From IMG/VR virus record IMGVR_UViG_3300009034_002461: a stretch of DNA of 64,000 nucleotides. The stretch is one strand, 5' to 3'. A program made the translations under genes and the position numbers. This document shows, one piece after another, positions 1 through 8,540 of this stretch. Numbering within the stretch: position 1 is the first letter of the stretch; every line of letters starts with the position of its first letter. The notes beneath the pieces were generated by a model. The model was not told where the DNA came from, did not search any database, and saw only the letters and a program-made list of their open reading frames with translations. The stretch comes from an uncultured virus (IMG/VR IMGVR_UViG_3300009034_002461) (lineage: Duplodnaviria > Heunggongvirae > Uroviricota > Caudoviricetes).

Positions 1-53
1 TATCTTAAGCAGCTAATCAATTTCTCTTCTGTAATAACTGGTTTATCATTCAT
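1..53 (-). CDS. 5' part of a third Trp-repeat gene copy (continues beyond the left edge)
   Basis: Nt 1-119 are identical to 497-615. ATG at 53-51 begins MNDKPVITEEKLISCLR, identical to the start of ORF 46..549. Confidence 0.85.
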   Translation of the reverse strand, partial: MNDKPVITEEKLISCLR

Positions 54-549
54 ATTTTAAACGCATAGTTTCATTCATCAATCTCATTTTACATATTATT
101 CTAAACTTCTCTGAAAGTTTTTGGTATATTGAAATCTTAACCCAATCAACTTTATCTTTAAATTTTTCTATAAATTTTTCTGAAAGTATTTGATATCGTG
201 AAATATTAACCCAACGAACTCTATCTTTAAACTTTTCAACAAATCTTTCTGGAAGTTTTTGGTATATTGAAATCTTAACCCAATCGACTTTATCTTGATA
301 TTTTTCTATAAATTTTTCAGAAAGTTTCTGATATTTGGAAATACAATCCCAATGAACTTTATCTTTATGTTTTTCAATAAATTTTTCTGAAAGTTCTTGA
401 TAATATGAAATTCGAATCCAATTAACTTTATCTTTAAATTTTTCAATTAACTCTTCTGGAATTGTATAAGTTTCATAAAAAGCATAATTCCTACTATATC
501 TTAAGCAGCTAATCAATTTCTCTTCTGTAATAACTGGTTTATCATTCAT
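46..549 (-). CDS. Tryptophan-repeat protein, 5 x 23-aa repeats
   Basis: Repeats (F/H/Y)(K/Q)D(K/R)VxW-xx-IS-xx-QxL(S/P)E(K/R)F(I/V)EK with a 69-nt period. The stop overlaps the start of the next copy. Confidence 0.9.
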   Translation of the reverse strand: MNDKPVITEEKLISCLRYSRNYAFYETYTIPEELIEKFKDKVNWIRISYYQELSEKFIEKHKDKVHWDCISKYQKLSEKFIEKYQDKVDWVKISIYQKLPERFVEKFKDRVRWVNISRYQILSEKFIEKFKDKVDWVKISIYQKLSEKFRIICKMRLMNETMRLKYE

Positions 550-591
550 ATTTTAAACGCATAGTTTCATTCATCAATCTCATTTTACATA

Positions 592-1119
592 TTATTCTAA
601 ACTTCTCTGAAAGTTAAGTATTTGATATCGTGAAATACAATCCCAACGAACTCTATCTTTAAACTTTTCAACAAATCTTTCTGGGAGTTTTTGGTATATT
701 GAAATCATATTCCAATCGACTTTATCTTGATATTTTTCTATAAATTTTTCTGATAATTTTTGGCATATTGAAATTAAATCCCAATCGACTTTATCTTTAT
801 GTTTTTCAATAAATTTTTCTGAAAGTTCTTGATAATATGAAATACAATTCCAATTAACTCTATCTTTAAATTTTTCTATGAATTTTTCAGAAAGTTTTTG
901 AAATTTTGAAATTCGAATCCAATCAACTTTATCTTTAAATTTTTTAATCAATTTTTCTGATAATTTTTGGTAACATGAAACCCAATCCAAATTAACTTTA
1001 TCTTTATACTTTTCAATAAATCTTTCCGGAATTACATAATTCTTATAAAAAGCAAAATTTCTACTATATCTTAAGCAATTAACTGATTTCTCTTCTGTTA
1101 TAACTGGTTTGCTACTCAT
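592..1119 (-). CDS. Tryptophan-repeat protein, 6 repeats; C-terminus frameshifted relative to its paralog
   Basis: Same repeat and leader. It lacks 64 nt present at 120-183 in the paralog, so it ends NFQRSLE* instead of SEKFRIICKMRLMNETMRLKYE*. Confidence 0.9.
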   Translation of the reverse strand: MSSKPVITEEKSVNCLRYSRNFAFYKNYVIPERFIEKYKDKVNLDWVSCYQKLSEKLIKKFKDKVDWIRISKFQKLSEKFIEKFKDRVNWNCISYYQELSEKFIEKHKDKVDWDLISICQKLSEKFIEKYQDKVDWNMISIYQKLPERFVEKFKDRVRWDCISRYQILNFQRSLE

Positions 1120-1125
1120 ATTTTA

Positions 1126-1554
1126 CTAAACTATCCAGCGCACATCATCTTCGACTGGATCTGGACCATCTTCATTTTCTAAATAATCTACTCCAAGAGT
1201 TCTTATCATAGGTCCAAAATCTTTAAGATCAAATGTTCTTACTTTACCTTCTTCATCTGGGATGGCATACAAAATAGATGCGACCAAACGGTTCTTTATC
1301 TTATCAGACATTTCTACCCAATCCTGGAGATATAGAATGACATAATATGCATAAGGACAGTCTGGCAAAGCATATTCTGGTATTGCTTTTATTTCCCACA
1401 ATCTGCCTTTTTCTGTTCGCTCCTTATTGTTTATAGCCAAACACTTAACTACATCCATATCGACATGACTATATAGATCCGGATACTTCTGAATCAGCTT
1501 ATTGCCTGTATCGCTGAATTCCTTAACTTCTTCATATGTAGGTTTGATTTGCAT
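1126..1554 (-). CDS. Phage metallopeptidase-like protein, HEXXH lost
   Basis: VILYLQDWVEMSDKIKNRLVASILYA...VRTFDLKDFGPMIRTLG parallels the phage metallopeptidase pattern (W..L....R.ALVDHELxH...HDVEEF..IV.RYG). SD TAAGGAG upstream. Confidence 0.55.
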   Translation of the reverse strand: MQIKPTYEEVKEFSDTGNKLIQKYPDLYSHVDMDVVKCLAINNKERTEKGRLWEIKAIPEYALPDCPYAYYVILYLQDWVEMSDKIKNRLVASILYAIPDEEGKVRTFDLKDFGPMIRTLGVDYLENEDGPDPVEDDVRWIV

Positions 1555-1639
1555 TTTATTTACTCCTTAATAGTAAACTTGTATTTGGGCTTATTGATTG
1601 ACTTACTTAATTTGAACCATATTACATCTCCTTTCAACT

Positions 1640-1647
1640 TATTATAG
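1640..1647 (-). promoter_or_regulatory. Candidate -10 element CTATAATA (also at 6493-6500 and 8517-8524)
   Basis: The same octamer occurs in three intergenic gaps upstream of SD-like sites. No convincing -35; AT-rich background. Confidence 0.35.
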
Positions 1648-1666
1648 TAATGTAAAATTTTATGTT

Positions 1667-2212
1667 TTATCCACCGTTGATAATAACCCATCTATGATCC
1701 AAATTTGTTTTGCCTTCATTAATAGAAACTAAATATTCTATTAAATCCTCTACGGTATGAAACATTTCTTTATAATGCACAATTGGAAATGACCAGTCAG
1801 GAGCTTTTGCGGGTCCACCTTCCACAACAGCCAAAATCGGTTTTTGCTGTCTCTCTACCGTAACACATTCATCAATAGTGCCCCAGGTCGGTATTTTTGC
1901 ATTGATATAAACAACCAAGAAATGACAGTAATCACATGCACGAAGATCCCATCTGCGAACTCTTTTCATAATACTTGTTAATTCTTCAAATTCGTGATCA
2001 GCTTTTAATTGGCGCATTCTACCTCGCTCTTTTGAAATTTCAGAAATTACATCATCTTTCTTATTTGTAGGATCGATAATATTGAGTTGGAGATTCTTTT
2101 TTTTATTCAGATCAAAAAACTTTTTTCTCCAATCAATACCATCATCTTTTGTGTTTTCAATCGGGCCTGATAAATATACTCTCAAACCCTTCAAGACTTC
2201 TTTCGTTTTCAT
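1667..2212 (-). CDS. Nucleoside 2-deoxyribosyltransferase-like protein
   Basis: VYLSGPI...DWR...IIDP...DL..CD...WGTIDE...KPI motifs. Confidence 0.75.
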   Translation of the reverse strand: MKTKEVLKGLRVYLSGPIENTKDDGIDWRKKFFDLNKKKNLQLNIIDPTNKKDDVISEISKERGRMRQLKADHEFEELTSIMKRVRRWDLRACDYCHFLVVYINAKIPTWGTIDECVTVERQQKPILAVVEGGPAKAPDWSFPIVHYKEMFHTVEDLIEYLVSINEGKTNLDHRWVIINGG

Positions 2213-2224
2213 ATCACCTGTCTC

Positions 2225-2701
2225 CTATCTCGGATATCTGCCAAATTTTCCCTCTAATGCAACACTGCCGAAATGTTTCATTTTTGGTCGATCATGCATA
2301 TCTGGTCCAGCGAGATACCCATTAAACCAAACGAACAAACATGATGTCCCCATATCTGGTTCGTATGAATTACCACATTGATAAAGTACCGGAATTTTTA
2401 TATTATTTTTAGCAAGCATATATAAGTAAATATCATCAAAATTTTTATTATTTTTGTCATCTAGATAAAAATTTTCTTTATCTCCCAAGAATGCTTTATA
2501 AAATTTATCAGCATCATTAATGTCTTTATGTTGTATAGAAATCCCGATACTCATACCCATCCATTTTTCTTTATCTTTAGCTCCAGTGGTCCAGGGAAGA
2601 TTAACAACAGCTAACGTAAATACTTTATCAACTGATTTAGTTTTTGTTTCTCTTGTATTTCTATCAACATATTCTATTGAATAATACTTCAGATTCTTCA
2701 T
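2225..2701 (-). CDS. Hypothetical protein
   Basis: 158-aa ORF with GGAG SD upstream. Confidence 0.7.
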   Translation of the reverse strand: MKNLKYYSIEYVDRNTRETKTKSVDKVFTLAVVNLPWTTGAKDKEKWMGMSIGISIQHKDINDADKFYKAFLGDKENFYLDDKNNKNFDDIYLYMLAKNNIKIPVLYQCGNSYEPDMGTSCLFVWFNGYLAGPDMHDRPKMKHFGSVALEGKFGRYPR

Positions 2702-2724
2702 GTTGCTTTATCTCCATTTTATAT

Positions 2725-2929
2725 ATCGGTCGCGGGAGTCCCGATTCTCCACCCACTCATCATTCCCATGCACGCAGGGAAACGACACTAACATATAATC
2801 AAAAAACGTATTAAGAGATACTAGATATTGTGGATTTGACTGATCATAGTGTCAAGTCGTTCCCTAATATGGGTTAATATTGTCGCCAAGGGGATGATAC
2901 GAATTCCTAAGAATTCTTAGCTCCCTTGG
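2725..2929 (-). ncRNA. Candidate structured RNA or element end downstream of, and overlapping, the tnpB-like stop
   Basis: Relatively GC-rich gap with inverted repeats: CCAAGGG 2886-92/CCCTTGG 2923-29, perfect palindrome CTAAGAATTCTTAG 2907-20, TTGAC 2836-40/GTCAA 2851-55, TTCCC..GGGAA 2763-81, ATCGG 2725-29/CCGAT 2741-45. Confidence 0.35.
2757..2786 (-). repeat. Single CRISPR type I-E-like repeat unit (no array)
   Basis: Minus strand reads ...TTAGT|GTCGTTTCCCTGCGTGCATGGGAATGATGA. It resembles I-E repeats (GT.TTCCCC.CG...CG.GGGGAT) and follows an AT-rich leader-like tract. Only one copy. Confidence 0.3.
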
Positions 2930-3721
2930 AAATAGAAGATTGAATGAATTTCATTCCAATATTTTTAGCTGAATTAATATCAGCATGGTCGGAATAGCCA
3001 CAAGACCGACATTTGAAACTCGATCCTCTCCTATTCGCTCTCTCAATGTGACCGCAATCGGAACAAGCACGACTAGTATTTTCGGCACCAACCTTCTCAA
3101 AGGACGCTCCGCGTTCTTCACAAAGTCTTTGAATGGTGTCAAAAACATAGCCATATTGCCGACTATTGAGTTTGCGACGCAATTCTCTATTCACTTTTCT
3201 ACGCTTTTTGGTATCCTTAGAGATACCAGTCAAGTCTTCCATGACAATAATTTTACCTTGACAAACTATTGTTTTAGCATAAAGATTTATATTATTTTTC
3301 AAATGTTTTTTAACATCTCGTTCATTTTTAGATACACAATTACGACGCGCTTTCGCTTTTTTTGTACCTTTCATCCTAACTCCACGATGTTTTTTCTTAT
3401 TCAAGTATTTATCGAGCAAGTTAATAAAATCAGGATAAATTAACTCGCCTTTCTCTACTTCAAAATCATAGATTCCGAACAAACAACTTGACATATTTAA
3501 ATCAATATCTCAACACGCTTATAACGAAGTTAATATTCTCTTGTTGCTTTACTATAATGCGTTAAGTTTGGATAATTCCAGAAAAAATCTATACAACACT
3601 TCATAACTCTACTATACTCTTTTATAAAAGAAGAAAAAATACTTAATTTATGAGCAGTCATTTTATCTTTATTAATCTTTACTTTCACTGCACGAGAAAA
3701 TTTCTTTGACTTATTCTTCAT
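2907..3721 (-). pseudogene. tnpB: TnpB/Cas12f-like RuvC nuclease, split and internally deleted (fragments 3530..3721 and 2907..~3509)
   Basis: The C-fragment has RuvC-II IVMEDL, TSRACSDCGH...FKCRSCGY zinc finger and RuvC-III HADINSAKNI. A RuvC-I-like DIDLN lies in frame just upstream of the annotated Met. The N-fragment (RAVKVKI...FIKEYSRVMKCCIDFFW) is in another frame. Total length is only ~270 codons. Confidence 0.8.
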
Positions 3722-3724
3722 ATA

Positions 3725-4039
3725 TTATTTTAAAACTCCACATGTATAACCACCAAATGGTCCTACTCTATTTACTCTATTGAATTGATGATCTTCAACT
3801 ATTTTAGGCACATCCGAATTCAACCACATAATTCTTTCATCAGGTGTTTCCGGCTCATCAAATAATTCAATATCAACTTCGTCTTCGTCTATACAAGCGA
3901 CAATGCCTTTTTCTGGCCAATGGAAAAAATATTGAAACAGCCAAGAACGTGATGTATAAACATCAGCAATACCTAAATCAATCCAATATTGATCAATTTT
4001 TTCATCCTTTTTTTTAGAGCCAATTATTTTTGCTCTCAT
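3725..4039 (-). CDS. Hypothetical protein
   Basis: 104-aa ORF with GGAG SD. Confidence 0.7.
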   Translation of the reverse strand: MRAKIIGSKKKDEKIDQYWIDLGIADVYTSRSWLFQYFFHWPEKGIVACIDEDEVDIELFDEPETPDERIMWLNSDVPKIVEDHQFNRVNRVGPFGGYTCGVLK

Positions 4040-4048
4040 GATTATCTC

Positions 4049-6067
4049 CTAGTGTTTCTTGCCCCATTTTTTCTTTTTAGACTTTTTCGATATTTTAATG
4101 TTTCCATCCATATCCATTATAGAACGGCATACCGGAAATTTTTCGCAACCAAGGAATTTTCCATAAGGTCCGTTTCTCTCTAGCATAAAATAACCGCACT
4201 TCGGACATTTGTATTTCGACTTTTTTGGTGGAATTTTTTTAGCCTTTTCCTTTGGAGTTCCATCATCGTTAATCTGTGCCGTATATTTACAACCTCCGTC
4301 CTTTTTATAATTTTCACAAGAGAAAAATGGACCAAATTTTGAAAATTTCTTAAGCAAAAAAGCTTTTTTCTTATTCGCCTTGCAATCAGGGCACTCAAAT
4401 TTGGTTTTTGATTGTTCGTTCTTAACTTTTTTTGCATTTTCTATATCTTTTTTCAAACGTTGCCAGAATTCACTAAGAACATGGACTCTATCTGCTTTTT
4501 TATTTGCTATATCATCTAAATCATTTTCCATCTTAGATGTAAATTTCAATTCCATAAAACAAAAGTCAGAAGCAACTAAAAAATTAGAAACATTAATGCC
4601 TAATCCAGTTGCGTGATACATTTTTTTCTTTTTTTCAACATATTTTCTATTTTCAATTGTTTTTACAATTGATTCATATGTACTTGGACGACCTATACCA
4701 TCTTTTTTCAATATTTCAACTAAAGATGATTCAGAATATCTTTTTGGTGGTTGAGTTTCTTTTCTTTCTGTAAATATATCTATTACATCTAATATATCTC
4801 CAACTTTCATAGTTGGAATATATTTATCCTTATTTGTCATATATGTCCATACTTTTTTAAAGCCATCAAATAATTCCTTACTCCCATTGGCAGATAATAT
4901 ATATTTATTGCATTTAAATTCTGCAGAAGATCGCAAAAATTCAGCAGATGCCATTTGGGAGGCAATTGTTCTACGCCAGATCAATTCATATATCTTTTTC
5001 TCATCAGGAGTTCCGCCTGGATATGATATTGTATTTATTTCAGTAGGTCTAATAGCTTCATGTGCTTCTTGAGCGTTTTTAGTAGAACTTTTATAAAATC
5101 TTGGTGATACAGTGCTATATTTTTGATCGTAATTATTTTTAATATATGAACGTATTTTACTAATTTCACCTGAAGCGATATGGACAGAATCTGTTCTATG
5201 ATAAGTAATCAATCCGTTTTCATATAAAGATTGAGCGGCAACCTTTGTTCTTGACATCGTTATACCTATAGAGGATCCAGCTTGATATAGTGTAGACATT
5301 TGGAAAGGTGGATATGGATTTTGTTTAACATTTTTCTGTTCAAATTTAGAGACTTTGACTGGTCCCTTTTTAATCACGGCAATAATTTTTTCTGCTTCTT
5401 CTTTTGTATTGATTTTTAACGGGTCTGGATTTTTAATTACCGCAATTACTTTTTCTTTCGGTGGACCTTGAGTTAACAACTCTGCCGTTATTGGCCAATA
5501 TACGATAGGTACAAAATTCTGTATAGCCTTTTCTCTATCTACAATGATACGAAGTGCAACACTCTGACATCTACCAGCAGAACGCCCTCCAGTAGCTTGT
5601 TTCGTAATATAAGAGCATTTATACCCAACTAATCTATCAAGTATGCGGCGAGCCTCATATGCATATACTAAATTTATTTCATCATCTAAATCATATGCGT
5701 TATTTATAGCATTTATAACTGGTTGTTTTTTAATTTCGCTGGTAACAGCCCTTTTTACTTTAACATTCTTTGGCAAATGATTATATATATTTCTTGCTAT
5801 ACCAGCACCTTCACGATCCCTGTCGCTCATAAGATAAACTATTTTGGCTTTTTTGCATTGAGTTGCTATATTTTTTTTAACATCATTTTTCCCTTCCATT
5901 ACATCATAAGAAGGCGTGAAATCTTTTTTAATATCTATGCCCAATTTTTTTACAGGAAGATCGTAGACATGACCAAATGATGCTATGACATTGAAATCCT
6001 TGCCAAGATACGATTTAATCTTTTTTGCTTTTTTGGGAGATTCTACTATAACTAAATAATCGCTCAT
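4049..6067 (-). CDS. topA: DNA topoisomerase I (type IA) with C-terminal zinc ribbons
   Basis: Toprim VIVESPKKAK, GHVYDLP, DRDREG; SAGRCQS; catalytic ITYHRTDS; AQEAHEAIRPT; GIGRPSTY; CPDC/CPKC ribbons. Confidence 0.97.
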   Translation of the reverse strand: MSDYLVIVESPKKAKKIKSYLGKDFNVIASFGHVYDLPVKKLGIDIKKDFTPSYDVMEGKNDVKKNIATQCKKAKIVYLMSDRDREGAGIARNIYNHLPKNVKVKRAVTSEIKKQPVINAINNAYDLDDEINLVYAYEARRILDRLVGYKCSYITKQATGGRSAGRCQSVALRIIVDREKAIQNFVPIVYWPITAELLTQGPPKEKVIAVIKNPDPLKINTKEEAEKIIAVIKKGPVKVSKFEQKNVKQNPYPPFQMSTLYQAGSSIGITMSRTKVAAQSLYENGLITYHRTDSVHIASGEISKIRSYIKNNYDQKYSTVSPRFYKSSTKNAQEAHEAIRPTEINTISYPGGTPDEKKIYELIWRRTIASQMASAEFLRSSAEFKCNKYILSANGSKELFDGFKKVWTYMTNKDKYIPTMKVGDILDVIDIFTERKETQPPKRYSESSLVEILKKDGIGRPSTYESIVKTIENRKYVEKKKKMYHATGLGINVSNFLVASDFCFMELKFTSKMENDLDDIANKKADRVHVLSEFWQRLKKDIENAKKVKNEQSKTKFECPDCKANKKKAFLLKKFSKFGPFFSCENYKKDGGCKYTAQINDDGTPKEKAKKIPPKKSKYKCPKCGYFMLERNGPYGKFLGCEKFPVCRSIMDMDGNIKISKKSKKKKWGKKH

Positions 6068-6081
6068 CCATTATCCCTCGA

Positions 6082-6447
6082 TCACATATCCATATTGCTA
6101 TAATTTCTAATAATTAAACCAGCGGCAATAGCAGCAACATGGCCCCATGCACAACGAATTTGACCGATATCCCTTACATTTTTTAATTTAAGATTTAATG
6201 ATGCATCACCACGAGCATTAAATGCTTTTGAAAACATACCAGCTTGCAAAAGTCTTTGAAATGGTTTTTCAAGTTCTTCTTTTTTAACACATAAAAATTC
6301 AGATAAATCTTTCAAGGCTGGCTTAATACCATTAATATATGCTTGCATACATGCTACACCTAATCCGCAATCATAATCTATTTTGCTAGTGCTTTCCCAA
6401 TTAGCACAACATATTTCGTCAACAAATTCTTTCACGTCTTTTCTCAT
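6082..6447 (-). CDS. Hypothetical protein (possible winged helix)
   Basis: 121 aa with AAGGTGA SD. LKDLSEFL....EELEKPFQRLLQAG is HTH-like. Confidence 0.65.
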   Translation of the reverse strand: MRKDVKEFVDEICCANWESTSKIDYDCGLGVACMQAYINGIKPALKDLSEFLCVKKEELEKPFQRLLQAGMFSKAFNARGDASLNLKLKNVRDIGQIRCAWGHVAAIAAGLIIRNYSNMDM

Positions 6448-6516
6448 AATAAATTCACCTTTCCTGCTAATTTTTCTACTTAACTTTCATTATATTATAG
6501 ATCATATAATTAAAAA

Positions 6517-8496
6517 TTAAATAATTCCACTCTTCTGACAAATATCTGAAATTTGACGTAATGCTTGTTCGTATTTATCTGGTATCACAATAGCTTTATC
6601 TAAACTTCCATAATGATGTTCCAGACAAGATAACAGGAGAGTTTTAATCTTTCCTTCATCTGGACCCCAAGGTAATTTCGATTCTACATAAATTTTTTCT
6701 AATTCTTTCTCTTTTTCTGAAAAATAATTGCGTATTTCTTCCTCTTTCCATTCGCCTCTGCGAACAGACTTTAATTGTTCACGATTTCTTTGCAAATCTA
6801 AATCACCGAGTGTCAAAATTTGCTCGCATTCATCGAGTAAACGCAAAATATGATAAGCAAATTTACAATTACCATGTATCGCTATATTACCCTTGTTTCT
6901 TGTTATCAATGTTCCATTGGGTACTTCGAAGCACACTACGCGACAATTAGTCACAAAATCTTTAGTTATATTGTAACCTCTCTTTTTTGTTTTTATGCGA
7001 CTAAACAACACACTTCCCATTGTCTCTTGATCTATTGGCAAATATATTTGATACATATTTGTTGTTCCATAACTTGTTGTCGTCTTATGAGGCCCTCTAA
7101 CAGAACAGATATAACCAGATAGACACATAGCAGCATGTAATTGAGAAGCTAATTTTTCTGAGTTTGTATATATAACCTCGCCGACTTTATTTGTAGAACT
7201 ACCATCGCCCATCCACCATCCTTTCCAAAACAACTTCATTTGACGATGTGACAATTTAAATATCCATTTCGGCAATCTTTTAGAATCTGATTTGTTTTTA
7301 AAATTATGTCCAAAATCTTGATACAATCGTCGAGCCGTTAACTTCCCAATATGCAAAACATCTTCTTTCTTATAGCGATAATGTTTATATGTACAGTGAT
7401 GTTTAATACTTTCGAATAATTCTATTATTTCATCCAATCTGCCTTTCTTCGTTTGAGTAACCCGAGCACATTTAATTTTACTATTTCGAAATGAAATACA
7501 ACCCTCTGCTACATATAAACCAGCAAGTAATAAATATTCATCTTCGACTAAAAATTCCTGATCTCTAGGTTCTAATTTTTTCATGATGTGAAAACATGTT
7601 CTTTTGCGTAATAATTTTTTATCAATAATATCTTTCAAGCATATTAATTGCCAATTTGCCTTATTTTTCACATATTCACAAGGAAAATTATTACTAGGAT
7701 TCCTATGAGCGGGAGACACTAAAACATTGTGTCTTTCTGTTATTGTACACCTAGTCATTTTAGAATTTATCGTATAAATGTTTCCTGTATATCGTTTTGA
7801 AATTTTAATTATAGGCTGTTGAAATTCCAACACATTTGTTCCTACCTTAACTGTAGCCAATAAATCAAATTTATTTATTTCATCAAATTTTTTCCACCCT
7901 TCTAGCGTCAAAAACTCTGTTACTTCATCTACATAACAATCATATCCATGCTTTTCGACATCTTTATATCTCTTACTTTCTTTTTCTGGATTTTTAATAG
8001 TCATTTTATGCAGTTGGGAAAATGCATATCCTTTGAATTTTGTAAAACATCCTTTATGCAAGAAAATTTTTCTATTTTCTCTGACCATATTACCGATAGC
8101 CGTAGAATGAATAATACAATTTGTTGGCGTAAATAAACTATCGACCATGTTGGGATTATTTTCCATGCATAAACTAAAATACCTTATAATAGAATAAACA
8201 GAAAAATCATATTGCTTTTTATATCTTTCGTCAACGACATGGTGTTCTTGCCATTGTTCAAATCGTTGTTTATGACGGCCGAAGCCAGGAATTTCGCCTT
8301 TTAAATGAGGAAACACATCTTCTTTTAATGGAATACAAAATCCATATATATCACAATCAGATTTGTCAGAAGAACATCCATAAGCTACCGATCCCATTAA
8401 AGTTAAATAATGGGTATTCAATGGAAGCCAAGATGGAGGGTGAATAACTTCCTCCCGAGCTAAGCGCTGAAGAACCATTTTTGCTTTACTGCTCAT
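6517..8496 (-). CDS. Pol-beta-superfamily nucleotidyltransferase (RlaP/PF10127-like) interrupted by an intein
   Basis: GSVAYG.S...SDCDIYG, NNPNMVDSLF, GYAFSQ. The exteins join as HGYD|CKFAYHILRLL. Confidence 0.9.
   Translation of the reverse strand: MSSKAKMVLQRLAREEVIHPPSWLPLNTHYLTLMGSVAYGCSSDKSDCDIYGFCIPLKEDVFPHLKGEIPGFGRHKQRFEQWQEHHVVDERYKKQYDFSVYSIIRYFSLCMENNPNMVDSLFTPTNCIIHSTAIGNMVRENRKIFLHKGCFTKFKGYAFSQLHKMTIKNPEKESKRYKDVEKHGYDCYVDEVTEFLTLEGWKKFDEINKFDLLATVKVGTNVLEFQQPIIKISKRYTGNIYTINSKMTRCTITERHNVLVSPAHRNPSNNFPCEYVKNKANWQLICLKDIIDKKLLRKRTCFHIMKKLEPRDQEFLVEDEYLLLAGLYVAEGCISFRNSKIKCARVTQTKKGRLDEIIELFESIKHHCTYKHYRYKKEDVLHIGKLTARRLYQDFGHNFKNKSDSKRLPKWIFKLSHRQMKLFWKGWWMGDGSSTNKVGEVIYTNSEKLASQLHAAMCLSGYICSVRGPHKTTTSYGTTNMYQIYLPIDQETMGSVLFSRIKTKKRGYNITKDFVTNCRVVCFEVPNGTLITRNKGNIAIHGNCKFAYHILRLLDECEQILTLGDLDLQRNREQLKSVRRGEWKEEEIRNYFSEKEKELEKIYVESKLPWGPDEGKIKTLLLSCLEHHYGSLDKAIVIPDKYEQALRQISDICQKSGII
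6868..7938 (-). mobile_element. Intein (357 aa) with LAGLIDADG homing endonuclease
   Basis: Starts CYVDEVTEFLTLEGWK; block B TERHNV; LAGLIDADG-like LAGLYVAEG and FWKGWWMGDGS; ends VVCFEVPNGTLITRNKGNIAIHGN, followed by Cys+1. Confidence 0.92.
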
Positions 8497-8540
8497 TATA
8501 CTTCTCCTTCATGGGCTATTATAGGTATGATAATAATATT

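Larger units (their letters stand above)
1..615. repeat. Exact 119-bp direct repeat (1-119 = 497-615), period 496 bp; junction of tandem gene duplication
   Basis: Direct base-by-base comparison. Confidence 0.95.

Noticed and set aside
1..1119. CRISPR array interpretation of the 69-nt periodic repeats
   Set aside because: The period is a multiple of 3, the repeats are coding and degenerate, and there are no unique spacers.
1..1119. Calling a diversity-generating retroelement
   Set aside because: No reverse transcriptase or template repeat is in the window, and T-ending codons are common in AT-rich DNA anyway. Kept only as a hypothesis.
1559..1691. Possible 43-aa ORF MGYYQRWIKHK...FTIKE, or a 5-codon MVQIK mini-ORF
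   Set aside because: Short, overlaps the upstream gene and the candidate promoter, and has no recognisable motif.
2725..2800. Bona fide CRISPR array or tRNA
   Set aside because: Only one repeat-like unit is present, and there is no cloverleaf or T-loop GTTCRA motif.
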